This document shows, piece after piece, positions 1-5,093 of a stretch of DNA of 5,421 nt; within the stretch, counting starts at the first letter, position 1; each line of letters starts with the position of its first letter. Under the pieces are notes generated by a model that searched no databases, was not told the DNA's origin, and saw nothing but the letters and a program-made list of their open reading frames with translations. The stretch is from a virus. Lineage: Duplodnaviria > Heunggongvirae > Uroviricota > Caudoviricetes. The stretch is taken from IMG/VR virus record IMGVR_UViG_3300029214_000137, one strand, 5' to 3'. A program made the position numbers and the translations under genes.

Positions 1-316
1 CGTATTTCTCACGGATTACGGCGTCTATTTTTTCTTCCATCCGTTTATAGTCAGGAAGAAGGCGTTTCAGTGGAGCGGGAATATCCTGGCAATACGCTTC
101 TGTTGCATCATGCATTAACGCTTCAAAAGCAAATTCCTGCGGCACCAGCTGGCTGCAAAGCACCGCATGTTGGGCGACACTGTAGAAGTGAGAAAGATGA
201 CCGGCAAAGCGGCAGATATTTGAAAGGGAAACCGCGATATCGTTAATAACGATGTCGTCTTTATTTATCCTGTCATAATAAAAATGCTTCCCAGAAAAAG
301 TTGTAATAAATGACAT
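1..316 (-). CDS. HD-domain metal-dependent phosphohydrolase, YfdR-like (N-terminal ~105 codons; gene continues beyond window start)
   Basis: Minus-strand ATG at 316-314 with GGAGA (complement of 322-326) 5 nt upstream. Translation MSFITTFSGKHFYYDRINKDDIVINDIAVSLSNICRFAGHLSHFYSVAQHAVLCSQLVPQEFAFEALMHDATEAYCQDIPAPLKRLLPDYKRMEEKIDAVIREKY carries the H...HD metal-binding signature (SVAQHAV ... LMHDATE) of HD-superfamily nucleotidases. Absent from the ORF track because it is cut by the window edge. Similarity to E. coli CPS-53 YfdR is recalled from memory, not searched. Confidence 0.7.
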   Translation of the reverse strand, partial: MSFITTFSGKHFYYDRINKDDIVINDIAVSLSNICRFAGHLSHFYSVAQHAVLCSQLVPQEFAFEALMHDATEAYCQDIPAPLKRLLPDYKRMEEKIDAVIREKY

Positions 317-440
317 TTTGTTCTCCACGTATATGCGCTGCACCGCGCTGAATTCGGGTAAAAGAAAGCCCTCACCGTCCGGCGATTATTGAGTCAATTA
401 CATTTCCATGAATGCCCCCGTAGGGGCGGTTAGTTTCTCC

Positions 441-529
441 ACAAAACAGAGAAGAACACCTGCGGTGGCAGCCGCCCGGATGGATTGGGTTATGAGCTCG
501 TCGTCCGGTGATGCTCTTCTCTGTTTTGT
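441..529. repeat. 15-bp perfect inverted repeat (ACAAAACAGAGAAGA at 441-455 / TCTTCTCTGTTTTGT at 515-529) flanking a 59-bp GC-rich spacer
   Basis: Arms are exact reverse complements and cannot be extended at either end. The spacer itself has internal complementarity (CCGGA 476-480 / TCCGG 504-508; palindromic GAGCTC at 495-500). Function unknown. Confidence 0.6.
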
Positions 530-573
530 AAAAAGGACGGTACCAGCCGGAAGCAAGGGTACAAGCTGGTACC
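530..573 (-). terminator. Candidate intrinsic terminator for leftward transcription (9-bp stem, 17-nt loop, U-tract)
   Basis: GGTACCAGC (539-547) and GCTGGTACC (565-573) are exact reverse complements. On the minus strand the hairpin is followed by GUCC then UUUUUA (complement of 529-534). The U-tract is offset 4 nt from the stem, so this is a weak call. Confidence 0.3.
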
Positions 574-610
574 TCCAAGACTACACACAGCAATGAAACT
601 ATTGCCTGTC

Positions 611-640
611 TTTTCACCACTTCAGGCTCGGTGGTATGCT
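611..640 (+). promoter_or_regulatory. Candidate sigma70 promoter for the 672-1013 ORF (extended -10 TGgTATGCT; weak -35 TTTTCA)
   Basis: TG at 632-633, -10 hexamer TATGCT at 635-640 (4/6 to TATAAT), -35-like TTTTCA at 611-616 with 18-bp spacer; about 30 nt upstream of the ATG at 672. Pattern match only. Confidence 0.3.
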
Positions 641-671
641 GGAGTTCTCACACAGCCAGCAAGGAAACCTA

Positions 672-1013
672 ATGAACCAGTTTTATGTTCACGTTCGTCT
701 GTTTGAAGCAACAGCCGAACAGACCAAAAAATTTGAAGAATTAATGCTTAACTTTCTGTACCAGAAAACAATCAAAGAGTCTGACGATAGCTGCTGCAGA
801 CTGATTCCAGAGGGATATATCCTCAAAAGCACAATGAACTGCCAACAAATCCTTGATCAAACTTTTTCCATTGCTAACAGTGCTGGTGTTGACGCAAATA
901 TATTTGTCTGCAAATTTGAACAAAGCGCATGCTTACTTCCGTCTGCTTCCTTAGTTGGCAACGATTTTGTTCATCACGATCTTACGCCTAAGCCCATCAA
1001 GCTCGATTCTTAA
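672..1013 (+). CDS. Hypothetical protein (113 aa), rightward-oriented orphan gene embedded in the leftward early region
   Basis: ATG at 672 preceded by AAGGAA (661-666). In frame with the longer track ORF 636-1013, but the 636 ATG lies inside the putative -10. Enteric-typical codon usage, AT-rich (~40% GC by eye). Product MNQFYVHVRLFEATAEQTKKFEELMLNFLYQ... not recognised. Its last 63 bp overlap the convergent 951-1259 gene, which lowers confidence. Confidence 0.5.
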   Translation: MNQFYVHVRLFEATAEQTKKFEELMLNFLYQKTIKESDDSCCRLIPEGYILKSTMNCQQILDQTFSIANSAGVDANIFVCKFEQSACLLPSASLVGNDFVHHDLTPKPIKLDS

Positions 1014-1259
1014 TGCCTTAACCATTGTGTCGTGATAAACACGGCTCACCCTCTCTCCATTGCATGGCAGGGGGGTGATCGTGTTAGCCATGAAATTCAT
1101 GAACTTGGTTCGATCAGGGTCTTGCGCCCCGCAAGTCTTTAATGCCTGTTTTGCTAACAAAATACGGGCCTCAGTGCCTGCATTTGGCTCTATCTGCTGC
1201 AAACGTTTAGCGTCTTCCAGCAACAATGCGATCACATGCTTCAAATTCTGCTCATTCAT
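951..1259 (-). CDS. Hypothetical protein (102 aa), first gene of the PL-driven early-left operon (positional analogue of lambda N, not recognisable as N)
   Basis: Minus-strand ATG at 1259-1257 with a strong GGAGAG Shine-Dalgarno 5 nt upstream (complement of 1265-1270). Lies ~100 nt downstream of the PL-like promoter. Product MNEQNLKHVIALLLEDAKRLQQ... lacks the arginine-rich N-terminal motif of lambda N. Confidence 0.6.
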   Translation of the reverse strand: MNEQNLKHVIALLLEDAKRLQQIEPNAGTEARILLAKQALKTCGAQDPDRTKFMNFMANTITPLPCNGERVSRVYHDTMVKALRIELDGLRRKIVMNKIVAN

Positions 1260-1356
1260 CTATTCTCTCCACTGAAATCATCCGCTAACGAATCATCCCG
1301 GTCTTCGTACGTACCAGGCGGGCTACTTCGTGGGCGTCCTGCCTGTTCGTTGTTTT

Positions 1357-1412
1357 AACACCTTTAAGTTGTAATTTAGTTGTGGTTTTGAATGTTGTCA
1401 ACAACTTTATGT
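1357..1412 (-). promoter_or_regulatory. OL/PL-like region: leftward promoter with consensus -35 embedded in repressor operator repeats
   Basis: On the minus strand: -35 TTGACA (plus coords 1396-1401), 17-bp spacer, -10 TAAATT (plus coords 1373-1378). Operator-like heptamer ACAACTT/AAGTTGT at 1366-1372 and 1401-1407, plus variant ATGTTGT at 1392-1398, forming the inverted repeat ATGTTGT-ca-ACAACTT over the -35. The 12-mer ACAACTTTATGT (1401-1412) is identical to 3054-3065 in OR; the 16-mer AACACCTTTAAGTTGT (1357-1372) matches OR 3077-3092 at 14/16. Confidence 0.6.
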
Positions 1413-1464
1413 GGTTTGAACGAGTGGCCAAGGAGTGCAAGGATTATCAAAAAAAGGAGGTTGT

Positions 1465-2355
1465 ATGGAAGACGCGCTTTACGCTTTTAATTACACACAG
1501 AACCGGGACAAGTTATTTGCTAACTTGATTAGCATCATTGATGGAATCATTGCAGATGGAGTTGTCCGTGAAGAGGAGGTTCTTTACTTAGATACATGGT
1601 TACTTGAAGCAAAGCAGATTATCAATAATGGAGTTATAAAAAGTCTATCTGCACGGGTGTCGGATATTCTTGCGGATGGAATAATCACATCAGAAGAACG
1701 TGATGACCTTAAAAATAGCCTTCTCCAAATACAGAGGGAAATTCTTGATATCCCTGAAATTGATTTTTACTCCAAGGATGTAGATGTCCATTTACTTAAT
1801 GGACTATGTAAAGGATTAATTGCTGATCGGAACTTAACTCAAGAAGAAATAAGATATCTTAATTGGTGGCTTGAGCAAAATGGAGCTTTGAAGAACAACT
1901 ACCCAGGAAAAAAACTTTATGCACTTGTAAAGGAAATTCTTAAAGATGGTGTTATTACTGAAGATGAGAGTTTAACTCTACATAAGGCATTAGTAGACTT
2001 CACAGGATGTGACTTGGAAAGTGGGGTGGTGGATGGTTTGGCGACCAGGCTGCCTATTGATGTAGAGGCTTCGATAGAGTTAGAGGGTAAAACCTATTGT
2101 CTTACAGGCACTTTTGTTGCAGGAAAGAGAGCCGTAGTTGAAAATTTGATTAAAAATGCTGGTGGGAACATCAGTAGTGGAATTACTCAACAGTTGGATT
2201 TTTTAGTAATTGGGACGCTTTCCTCCCGTGATTGGAAATTCTCTAGTCACGGAAGGAAGATCGAAAAGGCTATATCTTATAGAGATGATAATGGTGCAAA
2301 ACTTAAAATTATTTCTGAAGAAATGCTTTTCGATGCATTACCAAGTTCGCGATGA
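1465..2355 (+). CDS. TerB-like repeat / BRCT-domain protein (296 aa); candidate prophage cargo (exclusion/defence) gene at the rex-equivalent site
   Basis: ATG at 1465 with AAGGAGG (1454-1460) 4 nt upstream; the track's longer ORF starts at a GTG at 1435 with no RBS. N-terminal two-thirds hold four ~22-aa repeats with the motif [IL]-A-D-G-x-[IV]-x-x-E-E (IADGVVREEEVLYL, LADGIITSEERDDL, IADRNLTQEEIRYL, LKDGVITEDESLTL), as in TerB/DjlA-N helical hairpins. The C-terminal ~85 aa (GKTYCLTGTF...QLDFLVIGT...KLKIISEEMLFDAL) follow the BRCT pattern of the LigA C-terminus (GKT-x-V-LTG ... D-x-L-V-x-G ... K-A). ~38% GC in a sampled 60-nt stretch versus ~58% in the Dam gene. Confidence 0.8.
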   Translation: MEDALYAFNYTQNRDKLFANLISIIDGIIADGVVREEEVLYLDTWLLEAKQIINNGVIKSLSARVSDILADGIITSEERDDLKNSLLQIQREILDIPEIDFYSKDVDVHLLNGLCKGLIADRNLTQEEIRYLNWWLEQNGALKNNYPGKKLYALVKEILKDGVITEDESLTLHKALVDFTGCDLESGVVDGLATRLPIDVEASIELEGKTYCLTGTFVAGKRAVVENLIKNAGGNISSGITQQLDFLVIGTLSSRDWKFSSHGRKIEKAISYRDDNGAKLKIISEEMLFDALPSSR

Positions 2356-3024
2356 CCAGAATACCCTACCTATAACATGAATTCTGGCTCGTCTATCTTC
2401 AAAGGTAAGTATTTCATCTGGGTACTCATCTTTGTTGAAGCTTCTAAGAATCAAGCCACCGTCAGGTAAGTTGATAAGTATTTTAACCCTTAGCAATACA
2501 CCATCTCGTACGGCATAAAGATCGCCATCACGAATAGGAACGGTTTGAGAAATATCAACGGCAACAAGATCTCCATTATTGAGAACCGGTAATAAACTGT
2601 TCCCCCATATTTTTACGATCTTGGCATTAGATGCACATACGCCAGATTTTCTCAAATCTGCTCTTCTTAACGGAAACCAGTCAATAGCTGATTCAACTAT
2701 TTCAGCCAGACATCCGTTACCTGCCGATAACTCGACATCTAAAACAGGAATGTTTACGAAAATATCGGGGTCTAATGCGGTGCTTTCTGCTTCTTTTACA
2801 ACAAGATCAGGTATGGATGCGTTGTCTTCAATACCAAGTTGTAACCACTTTTGTGATACACCTAAAACTTTTGCAATTTCTTTAATTTTGCGCGGTTGTA
2901 GAGTTTCGCCATTCTCTATTTTGGCTACAGATTGTTGTGAAAGTCCAATTTTTTCAGCTAGTTGAGCTTGGCTCATGCCAGCTTTCTCTCTACCTATCTT
3001 TAATCGTTCTGCCAGTGTTTTCAC
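2338..3024 (-). CDS. cI: Phage immunity repressor, cI-like (N-terminal XRE-type HTH + C-terminal S24 LexA-like autopeptidase domain), 228 aa
   Basis: GTG start at 3024-3022 with AGAGGGA 6 nt upstream on the minus strand. N-terminus MKTLAERLKIGREKAGMSQAQLAEKIGLSQQSVAKIENGET is a classic HTH_XRE. C-terminal half has an Ala-Gly cleavage site (ELSAGNG), a Ser in G-N-S-L and a Lys in LLRVKIL, consistent with the S24 Ser/Lys dyad, and ends ...IGRVFWSSRTW as in P22 C2/lambda cI-type repressors. Flanked by operator clusters on both sides. Confidence 0.9.
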   Translation of the reverse strand: MKTLAERLKIGREKAGMSQAQLAEKIGLSQQSVAKIENGETLQPRKIKEIAKVLGVSQKWLQLGIEDNASIPDLVVKEAESTALDPDIFVNIPVLDVELSAGNGCLAEIVESAIDWFPLRRADLRKSGVCASNAKIVKIWGNSLLPVLNNGDLVAVDISQTVPIRDGDLYAVRDGVLLRVKILINLPDGGLILRSFNKDEYPDEILTFEDRRARIHVIGRVFWSSRTW

Positions 3025-3049
3025 AACATATCCCTCTCTTTTTTGATGA

Positions 3050-3140
3050 GGTTACAACTTTATGTTTTAGCTTTCCAACACCTAAAAGTTGTGATAAAAG
3101 TTGTTAATGTTGTATTCTTGCAACTCGTAACAACTTAACT
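3050..3140. promoter_or_regulatory. OR-like operator cluster with divergent PR (to cro) and PRM (to cI) promoters; exact promoter hexamers not resolved
   Basis: Heptamer ACAACTT/AAGTTGT occurs four times in ~85 bp (3054-3060, 3086-3092, 3098-3104, 3130-3136), plus variant ATGTTGT at 3107-3113. Shares the 12-mer ACAACTTTATGT and the 16-mer AACACCTAAAAGTTGT with OL. Lies between divergent repressor and cro starts (3024 and 3160). No strong -10/-35 pair could be picked by eye. Confidence 0.65.
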
Positions 3141-3159
3141 ACCAAAAAAGGAGAAAGCT

Positions 3160-3408
3160 ATGACACCTGAGCAATTAGCCTTATCGGAGGCAATCGCTCT
3201 GGCTGGTGGTCAATCAGAATTGGCTCGGAAGCTCACAGCCAGCAGCGGTCATTTAGTAAAGCAACAACATGTCTGGAACTGGTTGAACAGAGAAAAGCGT
3301 CCCCCTGCAAAGCTCTCGATATTCATTGAAAAGACCACTGGCATATCAAAAGAAAAATTACGTCCAGATATTTTTCAAAAGATTAAAGATTCATCAGATG
3401 AAAAGTAA
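3160..3408 (+). CDS. cro: Cro-like small HTH regulator (YdaS/Cro family), 82 aa
   Basis: ATG at 3160 with AAAGGAG (3147-3153). Divergent from the repressor across the operator cluster. Product MTPEQLALSEAIALAGGQSELARKL...WNWLNREKRPPAKLSIFIEKTTGISKEKLRPDIF has the YdaS/Cro-type HTH pattern (TG-x-S-x-E-x-LRPD). Confidence 0.85.
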   Translation: MTPEQLALSEAIALAGGQSELARKLTASSGHLVKQQHVWNWLNREKRPPAKLSIFIEKTTGISKEKLRPDIFQKIKDSSDEK

Positions 3409-3430
3409 CCACAGTTTTAAGGAGATAGCC

Positions 3431-3988
3431 GTGGGTAAGCATCACTGGAAAGTAGAAAAACAGCCTAAGTGGTACGTGAAAGCTGTCAGAAAAACTATCG
3501 CAGCGTTGCCGGGGGGTTACGCTGAAGCAGCTGACTGGCTGGATGTAACAGAGAACGCATTATTTAACCGCCTTCGTGCCGATGGCGATCAAATTTTCCC
3601 GCTGGGATGGGCGATGATTTTACAACGTGCTGGTGGCACTCACTTCATTGCTGACGCTGTGGCGCAGTCTGCAAATGGCGTCTTTGTGTCTCTTCCTGAC
3701 GTCGAGGATGTGGATAACGCCGATATTAACCAGCGCCTGCTGGAAGTCATTGAACAGATTGGCAGTTATTCCAAACAGATTCGTTCGGCAATCGAAGACG
3801 GTGTGGTGGAACCGCATGAGAAGACAGCAATTAACGACGAGCTGTATCTCTCAATTTCGAAGCTGCAGGAGCATGCAGCACTTGTCTACAAAATTTTTTG
3901 CATTTCAGAAAGTAATGACGCCCGCGAGTGTGCAGCTCCGGGCGTCGTGGCGTCGATTGCTTCTGGTTGTGGAGAAACTAACGCATGA
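3431..3988 (+). CDS. CII-like / YdaT-family regulatory protein (186 aa)
   Basis: GTG at 3431 with AAGGAG (3419-3424) 6 nt upstream, 22 bp after the cro stop; the track's longer ORF (from 3326) would overlap cro. Position immediately after cro and size fit the CII(CP76)/YdaT family of lambdoid prophages. Family assignment is by position and recalled pattern, not searched. Confidence 0.7.
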   Translation: MGKHHWKVEKQPKWYVKAVRKTIAALPGGYAEAADWLDVTENALFNRLRADGDQIFPLGWAMILQRAGGTHFIADAVAQSANGVFVSLPDVEDVDNADINQRLLEVIEQIGSYSKQIRSAIEDGVVEPHEKTAINDELYLSISKLQEHAALVYKIFCISESNDARECAAPGVVASIASGCGETNA

Positions 3989-4116
3989 ACAGTTTAACAA
4001 CACACTACCGTCGCTCGCAACTGATTGCGCTTCCTGGAGCGGTGCTTACGGAAAAGCAGCAAGTGCGCTGTATCGGGTGATGAGTGGTATCTGTCAGGGA
4101 ATTACGTGGGGGCTTA

Positions 4117-4770
4117 ATGAGTAATAAATATTGGCAGGCGCTGGTGGAACTGCGGAACAAACCAGCCCATGAACTGAAGGAAGTGGGCGATCAGTGGCGC
4201 ACGCCGGACAACATTTTCTGGGGAATTAACACCCTGTTTGGCCCGTTTGTTCTGGATCTGTTCACTGACGGTGATAACGCCAAATGTGCCGCGTATTACA
4301 CGGCGGAAGACAACGCGCTGGCGCATGACTGGTCAGAACGTCTTGCGGAGCTTAAAGGTGCTGCCTTTGGTAATCCCCCATACAGCCGCGCCAGTCAGCA
4401 TGAGGGGCAATACATCACCGGCATGCGTTACATCATGAAGCATGCCAGTGCCATGCGTGATAAAGGCGGGCGCTATGTTTTCCTGATCAAAGCGGCCACC
4501 AGCGAAGTGTGGTGGCCGGAAGATGCAGATCATATTGCTTTTATTCGCGGGCGTATTGGTTTTGAACTACCTGCCTGGTTTATACCGAAGGACGAGAAGC
4601 AGGTGCCGACAGGTGCTTTCTTCGCTGGTGCCATTGCTGTTTTCGACAAGACCTGGAAGGGATCGGCAATCAGCTACATCGGGCGCGATGAACTTGAGGC
4701 ATGTGGTGAGGCCTTTCTGGCGCAGGTTCGCCAGCAGGCGGAAAAACTGGTCAGGGAGATGGCGGCATGA
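4117..4770 (+). CDS. Phage Dam-type DNA N6-adenine methyltransferase (217 aa)
   Basis: ATG at 4117 preceded by GGGGG (4108-4112); the track ORF begins at an in-frame GTG at 4084. Product has the catalytic NPPY motif (AAFGNPPYSRA) and an N-terminal W-R-T-P-D-x-x-F ... Y-Y-T-A-E-D-N-A-L layout typical of phage Dam (Pfam Dam-like) enzymes of lambdoid nin regions. ~58% GC in a sampled stretch. Confidence 0.85.
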   Translation: MSNKYWQALVELRNKPAHELKEVGDQWRTPDNIFWGINTLFGPFVLDLFTDGDNAKCAAYYTAEDNALAHDWSERLAELKGAAFGNPPYSRASQHEGQYITGMRYIMKHASAMRDKGGRYVFLIKAATSEVWWPEDADHIAFIRGRIGFELPAWFIPKDEKQVPTGAFFAGAIAVFDKTWKGSAISYIGRDELEACGEAFLAQVRQQAEKLVREMAA

Positions 4771-5093
4771 CGACATTAACTCAATGCCAGCAGCAGGTGC
4801 TGGATATGCTGATTTCTTACCAGCAAGAACGTGGCTTTCCGCCAACCAATCAGGAGGTGGCAACCATGCTGGGATACCGTTCGGTGAATGCAGCGGTGGA
4901 GCATCTTCGCGCACTGGAGAAAAAAGGCGTCATCACGATAAAGCGTGGCGTGGCCCGGGGGATAACTCTTCATACCGCGGTGAAGGACGACGACAGCGAG
5001 GCGGTCGGGATTATCCGCGCACTGCTTGCCGGTGAGGAAAACGGCAGGCTGCGTGCAGCCCACTGGTTACATGAGAGGGGCCTGAAAGTATGA
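4767..5093 (+). CDS. LexA N-terminal DNA-binding-domain protein without peptidase domain (108 aa)
   Basis: ATG at 4767 overlaps the Dam stop (ATGA at 4767-4770). Product MTTLTQCQQQVLDMLISYQQERGFPPTNQEVATMLGYRSVNAAVEHLRALEKKGVITIKRGVARGITL parallels the LexA winged-helix domain (LexA: ...LTARQQEVFDLI...[46 protein letters not shown]). No Ala-Gly site or S24 domain follows. Confidence 0.7.
   Translation: MTTLTQCQQQVLDMLISYQQERGFPPTNQEVATMLGYRSVNAAVEHLRALEKKGVITIKRGVARGITLHTAVKDDDSEAVGIIRALLAGEENGRLRAAHWLHERGLKV

Noticed and set aside
441-529. Retron msr/msd-like ncRNA or tRNA as explanation of the long inverted repeat
   Set aside because: No reverse transcriptase gene in the window, and the 15-bp stem and 59-nt loop do not fit a tRNA cloverleaf; left as a structure of unknown function.
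372-620. 82-aa minus-strand ORF and 62-aa plus-strand ORF (408-596) across the inverted-repeat region
   Set aside because: No RBS; Cys/Arg/Gly-rich low-plausibility translations; both span the 15-bp inverted repeat, so the region is better explained as structured non-coding DNA.
741-923. 60-aa minus-strand ORF antisense to the 672-1013 ORF
   Set aside because: Starts at a TTG with no in-frame ATG; the plus-strand ORF has the better start context and a promoter-like element. Ambiguity noted in the finding.
1060-1275. 71-aa plus-strand ORF
   Set aside because: Antisense to the RBS-supported early-left gene and runs into the PL leader; Cys/Ser-rich shadow frame.
1435-1464. Upstream GTG start (1435) for the TerB/BRCT gene given by the ORF track
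   Set aside because: No Shine-Dalgarno upstream, and it would place the strong AAGGAGG inside the coding region; ATG at 1465 is the better start.
2579-2965. 128-aa plus-strand ORF
   Set aside because: Lies entirely antisense within the well-supported repressor gene; no RBS; Ser/Thr/Ala-rich translation typical of a shadow frame.
3326-3430. Upstream ATG start (3326) for the CII-like gene
   Set aside because: Would overlap the last 83 bp of cro in another frame; GTG at 3431 follows an AAGGAG RBS just after the cro stop.
4084-4116. GTG start (4084) for the Dam methyltransferase
   Set aside because: Immediately follows two stop codons with no RBS; ATG at 4117 has a G-rich Shine-Dalgarno-like element upstream. 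The longer start cannot be fully excluded.
3627-4124. 165-aa plus-strand ORF
   Set aside because: Out-of-frame overlap with the CII-like gene and the Dam start region; Arg/Leu/Ser/Cys-rich composition; no RBS.
4523-5035. 170-aa plus-strand ORF, with minus-strand ORFs 4567-4914, 4776-5063 and 5011-5319
   Set aside because: Arg/Gly/Pro-rich shadow frames in the GC-rich Dam/LexA-like/RusA region; each overlaps a gene with clear family signatures and coupled starts.
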